Shown: piece after piece, positions 9,492 to 19,329 of the stretch
How positions within the stretch are numbered: the stretch's first letter is position 1
Layout: the number at the start of each line of letters is the position of its first letter
Source of the DNA: an uncultured Gemmatimonadaceae bacterium
Lineage (GTDB): Bacteria > Gemmatimonadota > Gemmatimonadetes > Gemmatimonadales > Gemmatimonadaceae
Direction: 5' to 3'
Assembly: GCA_963822945.1 (NCBI GenBank)
Contig: CAWGJO010000038.1
Span: 1-53,994 of the forward strand
DNA: 53,994 bases
Made by a program: the position numbers and the translations under genes
Notes under the pieces: generated by a model
The model's input: only the letters and a program-made list of their open reading frames with translations
The model's database searches: none
What the model was told of the DNA's origin: nothing

Positions 9492-11433
9492 TTGGGCGTG
9501 TCGGCGCCGGATGACGATCTCCGGCTCCGCGTAGCTGCGCTGGAGCGCGCCGTCGCCGCGCTCCGCGACGACGTAGCGCGCCTCGCGTCGGCGTCCGCGC
9601 CGGCGCGAGTGCCCCTCATCGCGGCGCCCCCGGCCCGGCGGCGCGCCGGCTGCCGCCGAGCCCACCGGCACCGCGCGCGCGCGCGAAACGGGTGCCGACC
9701 GGGCGTCGCGGCTCGAAGACCTGGTGGGTCGCTACGGGGTGTTGGCGCTCGCCACGCTCACGACGGTTGCAGCCGTGGGCACCTTCGTGAGTTGGGCGGC
9801 GATGCACGGGCTGCTCGGGCCCACCACGCGCGTGGTGCTCGGACTCCTGCTCGCCGCGGCCCTGGCCGCCGCCGGGCTGCGCATCCGGAAGCGCGAGCCA
9901 TCGTTCGGGTCGGCGCTGCTTGCGCTCGCCCTGGTCGTGGTGCAGGTCTGCGCTTGGGCGGCGGGGCCGGGGTTGCACCTCGTGCCCGGCAACGCGGCGT
10001 TCGCGCTCGCCGCCGTCGCCTCGGCCGCGCTGGCGGCGTTCGCGCGGTTCGAGACGGAAGAGCCGCTCTGGTGCATCGGCGTTGCCGGGGCCGCGGTCGC
10101 CCCGTTCGTCGCCACCGAGCACGCGGGGAGCGTGTTCGGCCTGGCGCTGTACGGCGGCGTGGTGGGCATCCTGGCGTCGGCGGGCATGGGCGCCAAGCGC
10201 TGGCGCTATGCCCAGCGCACGCTGGCCGCGATCGCGGTGCTCTACGCCGTGGCGCTCCAGCTTGCCGCCACGCCGCCCCGATGGGGTCCGCTGCTCTCGG
10301 TCGTCGTGCCATTGGCGATCCTGGTGGCGGGCGTGTTGCCGTTCACGATGCCGGAGCTGGCGCGGCCCCGGTTGCGGGCGCAGGGGGCGATTGCGGGCCT
10401 CGCGGCACTCGCCGCGGCGGCGCAGGTGGGCGCCCCCGATGCACGGCGCACCGGGGCGGCGCTCCTGGGCGCGGCCATGCTCTGGCTGCTGGTCGCCCAC
10501 GTGCGGCGCGGCGCGCCGGCAGACGGCTCGGATGCGGGCGGCCCGGCGGAACCGATCGGGCCGGCGTGGATCGACGGGGCCCTGATTCCGGTGCTGCTTG
10601 CGGCGGCCGCGGCCTACGCGTGGCCCGCCGCGGGCTGGTCCCGCGCCGGCGTACTCTCGGCAGCGGCGATGGCGCTCACGGTCGCCGTGTGGCCACGTGT
10701 GCCGGGCGCCTCGCGCGACGCCCTGGCGCTTTCGGCCGCGGCGAGCGCGCTGGCGGCGGCCGCGGTTGCTCCCTGGACCTGGTCCATCGGCCACCCGGCG
10801 GCCGATGCGGCGGTCGCCGTCCTGCTGGTGGCCGCGATGGAATGGCGGCCGAGCGCTTCCTGGCTCGCCGCATGCGCCACGGCCCTCGTGGCCGCCGGGG
10901 TTCATACGTGGATACTCATGGATGGGCGGCCGGCCTTCGCCTACACGCCCTTCGGGACGCGGGCCTCGCTGGCGGCCGTGCTGCTCCTCGGCGCGTGTGC
11001 CGTGGCCGCGTGGCGGTCCGGGCCGATGGCGCGTGGGCTGGCCGCCGCGGTGCCCGACGATCAGGTGCAGGCGGTGCGGCGGTGGGCGCTCGCCGCGCCC
11101 TGGATCTGGGCCTTCCTGTGGGCACACGGCGAACTGGGCCGCGCATGGAGTCCCTCCATCGCCACCTTCGCGGTGGTGAGTCTGGAGGCCGGCGTGGCCG
11201 TGGTGCTCGTCTGGGTGGGACGCACGCGCGACGCCCGCTTCATGCGCCACGCCGGATTGCTGCTTGCCGTCGTGGCGGCCGTCCGCGCGCTCACGGCCGT
11301 CAACGCGGTGGCGTCGGTGAGTATGCGCATCGCGTCCTATCTGGTGGTGAGCGGATTCCTGCTCGGCATCGCGTACTGGTACCGGCGGCGCGGATCGATG
11401 GGCGACGCGGCCGCGGAACGCGTCGAGTCCTGA
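9492..11433 (+). CDS. DUF2339-type multi-pass membrane protein, one frameshift between about 9580 and 9700
   Basis: Coiled-coil N-terminus LRLRVAALERAVAAL in the 9492 frame; RLEDLVGRYGVLAL...HGLLGPTTRV...RIASYLVVSGFLLGIAYWYRR in the 9724 frame. Start could be 9492 or 9498. Confidence 0.75.
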
Positions 11434-11575
11434 CGGCGGCGCCGGCCCGCTCGGCGCGGCCGCCGCGTGCGAACAGACTCTTTACGTCCGGTACGCTGGC
11501 CCCGGCGGGGGGCGTCCGTGTATCGTGCATTACTGTCCCGCCCTTCCATTCTCCCTTACCGGGGTGACGATTTCC

Positions 11576-13540
11576 GTGCGTAACACTCTTCGCGTGCTTC
11601 TGTCCATCGCGGCCGTGGGCGGCCTGACCGCCAGCGCCGCCGCCCAGCGTCCCGAACGCGCCGCCGGCAGCGGCGTCGGCGACACGTCCATCTTCGCGCC
11701 ACTCGCGCTCCCCACGCCGAACGGATTCCGACTCGGCTCCGGCGCGCCGGGACCGCTCTACTTCCAGAACCGCGCCGACTACAACATCAAGGCGACGCTC
11801 GACACCGGCGCCCGCGTGCTGCACGGGAGCGAGACGCTCAAGTACACCAACAACGCGCCCGTCACCCTGGACTACGTGTGGGTCCAGGTGGAGCAGGACG
11901 CCTTCAAGAAGGGCTCGCTCAACTCGTACGTCTACGGGCCGAACACCCGGTTCGGCGCCCGCGGCTTCCAGGGTGGGGACGTGATCGACAAGGTGGAGCA
12001 GGTGATCCCGGGCAAGAAGAACGTGCCCCTCACCACCCGCGTGTCGACCACCGTGATGCGCATCAACCTCGCCGAGCCGCTGAAGCCCGGAAAGAGCACC
12101 ACGCTCGACATCGCCTGGCACTTCGCCATTCCCGAACACGGGGCCGACCGCATGGGGTATGACGGGTCGCTGTTCGAGTTCGGCCAGTGGTACCCGAGCA
12201 TGGTGGTCTACGACGACGTGAAGGGCTGGAACATCGAGCCCTATCTGGGCCAGGGCGAGTTCTACCGCGAGTACGGCGACTTCAACCTCGCCGTCACCGT
12301 CCCGGCGGGCTACATCGTGGCCGCCACCGGCATGCTGCAGAACGAGGCCACGGTGCTCACCAAGACCGAGATCGCCCGGCTGCGCCTGGCCGCGAAGTCG
12401 GACACGACGATCCATATCGTGACCCAGGCCGACCTGGAGAGCGGGGCGGCGCGCCCGACGAAGTCGGGCACGCAGACGTGGAAGTTCGCGGCGCACAACG
12501 TGCGCGACGTCGCCTGGGCTACCTCGCCGGAGTACCTGTGGGATGCCTCGAGCTGGAAGGGCATCCTCGCGCAGTCGTACTACCGCCCATCGGCGGTCAA
12601 CCCGTGGTCCGACGCCGCCGACCAGGCGCGCATGTCGATCCTCGAGTACTCCACGCGCTGGTTCCCGTATCCCTATCCGCAGATCACCGTGGCCGAGGGC
12701 CCGATCAGCGGCATGGAATACCCGATGCTCGCCATGGAAGCGCGCAGCCGCGACGTGTACGGCCTGTACAACGTCATCACCCACGAGATCGGCCATAACT
12801 GGTTCCCGATGATCGTCGGCTCCAACGAACGCATGCACTTCTGGCAGGACGAGGGGTTCAACACGTTCATCAACACCTTCTCCGAGGCGCGGCGGTATCC
12901 GCAGAAGGGCACCGAAGCGCAGCGTGAAGCCGAGGAGCGCCAGCAGGTGGAGCAGTTCATGAAGATCGGGCTCGATCGCCCGATCGACGTGGGCCCCGAC
13001 CGCATCAATCCGATGTTGCTGGGGGAGAACCAGTACACCAAGACGTCGATGGCGCTTCACCTGCTGCGCAGCGAAGTGCTCGGCGACAGCGCGTTCGACG
13101 ACGGCTTCCGCGAGTACATCCACCGCTGGGCCTACAAGCACCCCACGCCCGCCGACTTCTTCCGCACCATGGAGGACGCGGGTGGCCGCCGCCTGGACTG
13201 GTTCTGGCGGGAGTTCTTCGAGACCAACGACGAGTTCGATCAGGCCGTCGACACGGTCGCGACGCGCGTCGCGGGCGACACCGAGCAGGTCATCGTGGTG
13301 TACGGCAACCGGAAGCGCGGGGTACTGCCGATCATCGCGCGGTTCACCTTCTCCGACGGGAGCACGCAGAACATCGACTATCCCGCGGAGTCCTGGTACA
13401 TGAACAGCGTTCGCTTCCAGCGCCGGTACGACTTCGTCGGCAAGACGTTGACCAAGGTCGAACTCGATCCGGACCACCGGCTCATCGACGTCGATCGCTC
13501 GAACAACACCTGGACGGCCCCGCCGTCGTCGTCTCCATAG
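11576..13540 (+). CDS. Secreted M1 family zinc aminopeptidase
   Basis: Signal peptide, SGMEYP, HEIGH...WQDEG (HExxH-18-E) and YTKT. Confidence 0.92.
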   Translation: MRNTLRVLLSIAAVGGLTASAAAQRPERAAGSGVGDTSIFAPLALPTPNGFRLGSGAPGPLYFQNRADYNIKATLDTGARVLHGSETLKYTNNAPVTLDYVWVQVEQDAFKKGSLNSYVYGPNTRFGARGFQGGDVIDKVEQVIPGKKNVPLTTRVSTTVMRINLAEPLKPGKSTTLDIAWHFAIPEHGADRMGYDGSLFEFGQWYPSMVVYDDVKGWNIEPYLGQGEFYREYGDFNLAVTVPAGYIVAATGMLQNEATVLTKTEIARLRLAAKSDTTIHIVTQADLESGAARPTKSGTQTWKFAAHNVRDVAWATSPEYLWDASSWKGILAQSYYRPSAVNPWSDAADQARMSILEYSTRWFPYPYPQITVAEGPISGMEYPMLAMEARSRDVYGLYNVITHEIGHNWFPMIVGSNERMHFWQDEGFNTFINTFSEARRYPQKGTEAQREAEERQQVEQFMKIGLDRPIDVGPDRINPMLLGENQYTKTSMALHLLRSEVLGDSAFDDGFREYIHRWAYKHPTPADFFRTMEDAGGRRLDWFWREFFETNDEFDQAVDTVATRVAGDTEQVIVVYGNRKRGVLPIIARFTFSDGSTQNIDYPAESWYMNSVRFQRRYDFVGKTLTKVELDPDHRLIDVDRSNNTWTAPPSSSP

Positions 13541-13551
13541 CGGCGCGGGAG

Positions 13552-13602
13552 CATGGAACGGGAAGCGGCGTGATCCGTCTGCCGCTTCCCGCCATGTGTT
13601 TG
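13552..13602 (+). terminator. Probable intrinsic terminator after the M1 peptidase
   Basis: CATGG(AA)CGGGAAGCGGCG / TGCCGCTTCCCGCCATG inverted repeat followed by TGTTTG. Confidence 0.6.
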
Positions 13603-13754
13603 TCCGCCGACCCGTGCCCCGGGAACGGGCGCGCGGGGGCGGCGTAGTAGGAGGGAGAGGTCGGGCGCGGTTCCAACCGCTCCCGGCCGGTGCTAATTTT
13701 TCGTGAGCGGATGGGGACAGTCCCCGGAACCCCCTGATCGTTCGGAGGATGTGT

Positions 13755-14150
13755 ATGCGACGCATGACCGCGCTTCTGCTGGCTCTGGGGAGCGCTGTGT
13801 GGATCTCTGCCTGCGGCGGCGCGAGCGCGGGCAACGGGATCACGATCATCAGCGGCTCGATTGCCTATTTCGTGGTGCGCACGACGGCCAATCACGACAC
13901 GGCGAGCGTGTTGGCGGGAAATCCGGTCCAGCTTCAGGGCGCGGCCTTCGACGCCGGCCTCAACCCGCTCGCCCTCGTGGGCGACACGACCTGGACCTCG
14001 CGTGATACGACGGTGGCCACGGTGGATACCCATGGGCTCGTCACGACGATCGCCCCGGGCTCCACGTGGGTCATCGGGAGCTTCACGCCCAAGTCGTCGC
14101 AGCTCTCCTACTCCGACTCGGTGCTGATCGAGGCGCTCGGCGGGAACTAG
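13755..14150 (+). CDS. Lipoprotein with a bacterial Ig-like (Big_2) domain
   Basis: GGAGG RBS at 13744, lipobox ISA-C, TWTSRDTTVATVDTHGLVT signature. Confidence 0.8.
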   Translation: MRRMTALLLALGSAVWISACGGASAGNGITIISGSIAYFVVRTTANHDTASVLAGNPVQLQGAAFDAGLNPLALVGDTTWTSRDTTVATVDTHGLVTTIAPGSTWVIGSFTPKSSQLSYSDSVLIEALGGN

Positions 14151-14193
14151 CGCCCGGCCGATGGGGGCCGCGGCGGGCGGCCTTCCCCCCGGT

Positions 14194-15183
14194 CTACTGG
14201 TACTGGATGTAGAGCGGGGCGGGGAAGAGCGAGAGCACTTCGGCGGGGGTCATCAGCGTTTTCCCGCCCTTCGTGTCGTTGTGATAGAAGAGCTTGAACC
14301 CCGTGTACTGCACCGGATCGGCGTACACGTACGCGCGATAGCTGTCTTCCTTCAGCGGACGCGGCCCCCACCCATCCATGTCCACCACCACCTGCACGCG
14401 CGGGTCGAGCTTGATCCGCCGGGCATTGGTGAGCATGCGCCGGGTGAACCGATGGACGACGAGCACCTTGGGCGGCAGATGGTTGGCCGTCACGAGGCTG
14501 TCGAGCACGCCGATGGCATAGTTCACGTCGCTGGCGTCGAGCGTGCCGATCTTCTGTCCCGGCGCCGTGCCGTCCTTCATGGCGAACTCCGGGTCGAGCG
14601 CCAGATGCACGTTGGGGCGCGCCAGATACGGAAGCAGCCGCTGCAACTCCGACGCCACGCTGCTGTGCCCCACCTGCACGTCGAGGAAGAACAGCGCCTG
14701 CTTCTGGTCGGCCCACCCTGCAACGCGGGAGATCAGCGAGTCGGGCATGCGGGCGCGATACATGCTGTCGCGTCCCGGCTTGTCCTGCGCCACGCTCACG
14801 ATCAACTGGAGCGCCGGGATCGCCGGCGTGGCGGGGTCGGCCGCATTCCAGGCCGCCACCTCGGTGTCGAGCTTGGCCAGCATCTGGTCGGGCGGCAGCG
14901 CGCCCAGGATGCCCATGCGGGACGAGAACGGGTTGCCGTAGAACGCCACGATGCGGTGCGCCGGCAGGATGGCGCCGGGCAGCGGATCGGGGCCGTCCAC
15001 CGGCCATATCGGCGGTGGCGCCGCCGGTGCCCTGGGTTTGGGCTTCGGCTTCGTCACCGCTGGCTGGGCCGGACGATCGGGAGGCGTGGCGCCTGCCGTC
15101 GCCGATTGGGCGGCGGCGCCGGGCGCGAGCAGGGCCACCAGGCCGAGCCCCGCCGCCATGACGCGCAGCGCGCTATGCGCCAT
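14194..15183 (-). CDS. Secreted conserved hypothetical protein (RIVAFYGNP / LALDPEF / DMDGWG family)
   Basis: ATG at 15183 overlaps the kinase stop; signal peptide, Pro-rich linker, then a globular domain. Function unknown. Confidence 0.75.
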   Translation of the reverse strand: MAHSALRVMAAGLGLVALLAPGAAAQSATAGATPPDRPAQPAVTKPKPKPRAPAAPPPIWPVDGPDPLPGAILPAHRIVAFYGNPFSSRMGILGALPPDQMLAKLDTEVAAWNAADPATPAIPALQLIVSVAQDKPGRDSMYRARMPDSLISRVAGWADQKQALFFLDVQVGHSSVASELQRLLPYLARPNVHLALDPEFAMKDGTAPGQKIGTLDASDVNYAIGVLDSLVTANHLPPKVLVVHRFTRRMLTNARRIKLDPRVQVVVDMDGWGPRPLKEDSYRAYVYADPVQYTGFKLFYHNDTKGGKTLMTPAEVLSLFPAPLYIQYQ

Positions 15184-16453
15184 GAGTCGCCGGACCGTTC
15201 GGCGTCGGGGCGTACGCGCGGAGCGCGTCGTCGTAAGTGCGGGGAGGCTCGGCGTCGGGTGAGAAGAGTACGCTGAACGCCGAGCCGCGGCCGGGCTCGC
15301 TGACCGCGGTGAGCCGGTAGTCCAACGCCTCGCACAGAGCCCGCGAGATCGACAGGCCGAGCCCCGTGCCCTCGTGCCGCCGCCGCGTGCCCGACTCCAC
15401 CTGCTCGAACGCATCGAAGATCTTCTCGATCTGATCGGGCGGGATGCCGATTCCCGTATCGATGACGTCGAGCCGCAATGGGCGCCCGGTGCCCGGCTCG
15501 GTGATGATCCCCACGCGGAAGCTTCCCGAATCGGTGAACTTCACCGCGTTGTCCACCAGGTTCACCAGCACGCGCCGGAGCTTGGGCTCGTCGCTCTGGA
15601 TGGGGGCCAGCGCCGCCGGGAGCGACACGCGCGGCACCACCGCCGTGCCCACGGACCGCCGCTCGAGTTCCGCCAACGTCTCCTTCACCACGCGGTCCAG
15701 GGCCACCGGGGCGAGCTCCACCTCCATGCGGCCCGCTTCGACCTTGGACAGATCGAGCACGTCGTTGATCACGCGCAGCAGATGCATGCCGTTGCCACTG
15801 ATCCGCTGGACATAGGTGATGTCCTGCGGCAGCAGATTGCCCGCACTGTTCTTCTGCAATTCGTTGGCGAACCCGATCACCGCGTTGAGCGGGGTCAGCA
15901 GTTCGTGGCTCATCGTGGCCAGGAACACGCTCTTGGCGCGATTCGCCTCCTCCGCCTGGCGGGCGGCGCGCTCCAGTTGCTGCGTGCGTTCCTTGACCTT
16001 GGCCTCGAGCAGCTCGTTCTGCGCCCGCAGCGACTCGTGCAGCATGCGCGTCACGAGCAGGTTGTGAATGCGGAGCAGCACCTCGGTTGCCTCGAACGGC
16101 TTGGTGAGGAAGTCCTTGGCACCGAGCTTGAGCGCGCGCTGGCGCGCCGTCTGACTCGCATCGCCCGTGACGACGAGGATCGGCAGGAACTCGTCGGCGG
16201 CCGTCTGTTCCACCAGCCCTTCCAGCACCGTGAATCCGCTCATCGTCGGCATGCGCAGGTCGAGCACGACGAGATCGGGACTCAGGGCGCGCGCCAATGG
16301 CAGCACGTCACGGGCGTCGGCCAGCGTGTGCACACGCGTATACCCGGCGCGCCCGAGAATGAGACGGAGCAGCGTCAAATTTGTCTGCTCATCGTCGACG
16401 AGGAGCAAACAGGCGTCCTTGAGTTGTTCTTGGGATATGGGCGATTGCGGCAT
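15173..16453 (-). CDS. Soluble hybrid response regulator / histidine kinase (REC-HisKA-HATPase)
   Basis: LVDDE, LDLRMP, FLTKPF; FLATMSHELLTPL H-box; NLVDNAVKFT, DTGIGI, FEQ and GTGLGL. Confidence 0.92.
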   Translation of the reverse strand: MPQSPISQEQLKDACLLLVDDEQTNLTLLRLILGRAGYTRVHTLADARDVLPLARALSPDLVVLDLRMPTMSGFTVLEGLVEQTAADEFLPILVVTGDASQTARQRALKLGAKDFLTKPFEATEVLLRIHNLLVTRMLHESLRAQNELLEAKVKERTQQLERAARQAEEANRAKSVFLATMSHELLTPLNAVIGFANELQKNSAGNLLPQDITYVQRISGNGMHLLRVINDVLDLSKVEAGRMEVELAPVALDRVVKETLAELERRSVGTAVVPRVSLPAALAPIQSDEPKLRRVLVNLVDNAVKFTDSGSFRVGIITEPGTGRPLRLDVIDTGIGIPPDQIEKIFDAFEQVESGTRRRHEGTGLGLSISRALCEALDYRLTAVSEPGRGSAFSVLFSPDAEPPRTYDDALRAYAPTPNGPATHGA

Positions 16454-16531
16454 TACGGAGTCGGTGAACCGGGACCATCCTCGTCCCGGCGCTGTTTCTC
16501 TAGAGCACTCGCTCCCATCCCTCCGGCGGGA

Positions 16532-18748
16532 TCAGAACCCGGCTCGCACCTGAAGATACAGATTTCGTGGCGGTAAGGGATAGTAGTAGGATATTGATCC
16601 ATCCGTATAGCCACTCCCATACCGGTTCACGTCGGCCAGATTGTTGACGAACAGCGTCACGTCCAGGCCACCGCCGGGGGCCCGCCACCCGATCTGGGCG
16701 TCGGTGATGTACGCGGCCGGCAGCACGAATCGGGGATTTCCCGTGTTGTCGAGGAACGACCGCGCCGTGTATCGCCCCTCCAGGGCCGCATGGAGCCCGT
16801 GCGCCGGCGCGTAGCCCAGGCGCTGGTTGGACGAGAACCGCGGGGTGAGCAGCGGCGGCACGTCGTGGTAGGTGAGGCCGGTGGAGGCGTCGGTGTAGGC
16901 GGCGATCCAGTTGCGGCTCACGGCGCCGTTCACCGACGCCGTGAGGGCGGGCCGGGGCCGCCACGTGAGGGTGCCCTCCACACCGCGGCGGGTGCTCGCC
17001 GGCACGTTCTGGCGCAGCGGGAGCCCCAGGTAGCTGAGCTGCCCGATGGCGGCGATCTCGTTGCGGAATTCCATGTCGTACACGTTGGCGTCGATCGCCA
17101 GGCGCGGCGTGCCGTAGCGGACGCCGGCCTCCAGATCGTGCGCCGTCTCCGGCCGCACCCGGTCGAAGCTGCCCACGAACGCCACGTTGGACGTGTCCAG
17201 ATTGTCGAATCCGGCCAGAATGTCGTTGCGCGCCGGCTCGCGCCCGTTCACGCCGTAGGAGGCGTAGGCGCTGAACGCCGGCGACAGGTGCCAGGTGAGT
17301 CCGGCCTTGGGGTTCAGGAATCGCCAACTGATGCTCTGCGCGGCGATCCCGGCGTTCGCGTCGGGCACGTAACGCCACCACGCGTAGCGTGCCTGCACGT
17401 CGCCGAACAGCGTCACGGGGCCCACGTCGTAGCTGCCCTTCACGTAGCCGCTCGCCTCACGCTTGATGCCGCGATTCGAGTACACCCGGGTGGCCAGGTC
17501 GGGGAGCGTGTAGTCGTAGTGGTCGCGGTGGTAGTTGGCCGCGTGCACGCCGACGTCCAGCCGGCCGCGGTCGCCGCGGTAGCTGTACGTGCTCATCAGC
17601 CCGTTCCACCAGAAGTCCAGGTGGTAACGGTCGGTCTGCCCGTAGATGACGTCGTAGTACCCCGTGGCCGACACGCCGTACACGGTGGTCGAGATCGACG
17701 AGCGCGGGTCGAGCAGGTGTGTGTACACGATGCTCCCCAGTTGCTCGCCGAAGTCGTCCCGCTCGTTGGGCGACAGCGGGTTGTCGCGGCGATCGCGCAC
17801 GAGCGTCGATTCCGCCGACGCGTAGTAGGCGAGCTGGCTGTGCTCCCGGCCCGCGAGCGCCGTCACCTTCAGAATGTCGTGGTCGCCGAAGTAGCCGCCG
17901 CTGAAAAAGCCGGAATGGGACATGTCGCCGGCGTGCTCGCGGTAGCTGTCCGTGGTCTGGTCGAAGGCCCGCGCGTAGAACGCCAGCCGGTTGGGCAGCA
18001 GCCCCGAGGCGTAGTCCACCGCGCCCCGGCGCGTGTTCCACGCCCCCGTGCCCAACTCCACGTGGCCGCCGGCAGGCGTGCCGGTGAGCGAGAGGGTCTC
18101 GAAGTTGATCGACCCGCCGTACGACGCCGTACCGTTGGTGCTCGTGCCCACGCCACGCTGGATCTGCACCGACTGGACGTCGCCCATGATCCCGGGGAGG
18201 TCGGCGAAGTAGAACACCTCGTCCTCGGGGTCGTTCAGCGGGATGCCGTCGAGCGTGAGGTTGATTCGGGTCTGGTCGATGCCGCGGAGCCGGATGTAGC
18301 TGTACCCCGAATACCCGCCCTGCTCGGCGTACGACGTGAATGACGGGGTGTTGGCCAGCAGCAGAGGTGGTTCCTGACCGAACGAGCGCTCCTGGATCTG
18401 CCGGCGGCTCACGACGTCCGCCGAGATCGGCGCCGCGTTGCCGGCCCGCAGCGCGGACACGGTGACGCGCTCCAGCGTCTGCACCACCGGCGCGAGATCC
18501 ACCACCAACGCCGTATCGCCGCTGACGTCGAGTTCGCGCGGCGTGTACCCGTCGCGCGTGAACCGCAGGTGGGCGGGCAGCGCAACGTCGAGCGTGAACC
18601 GGCCGTCGGCGCCGGTGGTGGTGGCGGCCCCTCCGCCGCTCGCCTCGACACGCACGCCGGCCAGCGGCGAATGCGTCCGGCCGTCGCGGACGGTGCCCGA
18701 CACGCCGGACACGGCGAGCAGCACGGCCACCAGGGAGGCGATGATCAT
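16532..18748 (-). CDS. TonB-dependent outer membrane receptor, probably for thiamine or a precursor
   Basis: Carboxypeptidase-regulatory-like N domain, plug motif IRLRGIDQTRINLTLDGIPLND, C-terminal VRAGF; directly downstream of a TPP riboswitch. Confidence 0.92.
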   Translation of the reverse strand: MIIASLVAVLLAVSGVSGTVRDGRTHSPLAGVRVEASGGGAATTTGADGRFTLDVALPAHLRFTRDGYTPRELDVSGDTALVVDLAPVVQTLERVTVSALRAGNAAPISADVVSRRQIQERSFGQEPPLLLANTPSFTSYAEQGGYSGYSYIRLRGIDQTRINLTLDGIPLNDPEDEVFYFADLPGIMGDVQSVQIQRGVGTSTNGTASYGGSINFETLSLTGTPAGGHVELGTGAWNTRRGAVDYASGLLPNRLAFYARAFDQTTDSYREHAGDMSHSGFFSGGYFGDHDILKVTALAGREHSQLAYYASAESTLVRDRRDNPLSPNERDDFGEQLGSIVYTHLLDPRSSISTTVYGVSATGYYDVIYGQTDRYHLDFWWNGLMSTYSYRGDRGRLDVGVHAANYHRDHYDYTLPDLATRVYSNRGIKREASGYVKGSYDVGPVTLFGDVQARYAWWRYVPDANAGIAAQSISWRFLNPKAGLTWHLSPAFSAYASYGVNGREPARNDILAGFDNLDTSNVAFVGSFDRVRPETAHDLEAGVRYGTPRLAIDANVYDMEFRNEIAAIGQLSYLGLPLRQNVPASTRRGVEGTLTWRPRPALTASVNGAVSRNWIAAYTDASTGLTYHDVPPLLTPRFSSNQRLGYAPAHGLHAALEGRYTARSFLDNTGNPRFVLPAAYITDAQIGWRAPGGGLDVTLFVNNLADVNRYGSGYTDGSISYYYPLPPRNLYLQVRAGF

Positions 18749-18754
18749 GCGACG

Positions 18755-18778
18755 GCCCTCCGCGGGTGCGTGGAGGGC
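18755..18778 (-). promoter_or_regulatory. SD-sequestering hairpin (riboswitch expression platform)
   Basis: Minus strand GCCCTCC-N10-GGAGGGC pairs over the GGAGG Shine-Dalgarno sequence just upstream of the ATG at 18748. Confidence 0.65.
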
Positions 18779-18831
18779 GCGCGAAGGCACGCCTGACGGC
18801 GCGCCGGGATGGAAAGTCGATTGTCCATGGG

Positions 18832-18919
18832 TGACTCCCTACGCCGGTATGAGCCGGTTCAGGTTCGACGGGTGTGATCTCAGCGCGTGCGCGGATGTGT
18901 GCACGGGCACCCCGGTCAA
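18832..18919 (-). ncRNA. TPP riboswitch (THI element)
   Basis: Minus strand GACCGGGGTGCCC...GCTGAGATCACACCCGTCGAACCTGAACCGGCTCATACCGGCGTAGGGAGTCA contains the conserved GGGGUGC, CUGAGA, ACCC, GAACCUGA and UAC..GCGUAGGGA elements. Confidence 0.95.
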
Positions 18920-18989
18920 GGGCGAAAACTAGCGGTCAACGGACGCGCGGGGCACCCCGGTCGGCCGCGGACCGTGCCTCGGCGCTGCG

Positions 18990-19017
18990 TTGACGGGGGC
19001 GGGGGGTGTCCTAGACT
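18990..19017 (+). promoter_or_regulatory. Putative sigma70 promoter of infA
   Basis: TTGACG-N16-TAGACT, about 65 nt upstream of the ATG. Confidence 0.55.
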
Positions 19018-19081
19018 TCCCGCTGCGACGTTGTGCCCGGACTTTCCCTTAGCCCGTCGCGGACCCCCTCGGAGAGGCTGG

Positions 19082-19303
19082 ATGGCGAAGGAAGAAGCGA
19101 TACAACTCGAAGGTCAGGTGACCGAAGTGCTGCCCAACGCCACGTTCCGGGTGTTGCTCAGCAACGGTCACACCGTGCTGGCGACCCTCGGCGGCAATAT
19201 GCGGCGCTTCCGCATCCGCGTCCTCGCCGGCGACCGCGTGACCATCGAGGTATCGCCCTACGACCTGAGCCGGGGCCGCATCACCTTCCGGCACAAGAAC
19301 TGA
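19082..19303 (+). CDS. infA: Translation initiation factor IF-1
   Basis: [24 protein letters not shown]...[28 protein letters not shown] with an upstream GGAGAGG RBS. Confidence 0.97.
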   Translation: MAKEEAIQLEGQVTEVLPNATFRVLLSNGHTVLATLGGNMRRFRIRVLAGDRVTIEVSPYDLSRGRITFRHKN

Positions 19304-19329
19304 GCGGCCGGCGGTCACCGCCGCCGGTC

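Noticed and set aside
6615..9671. 1018-aa minus-strand ORF and similar long ORFs (11300..13849, 37078..39051, 42659..44764)
   Set aside because: Antisense shadows of well-supported genes, expected in high-GC DNA; Arg/Gly/Ala-rich with no recognisable motifs.
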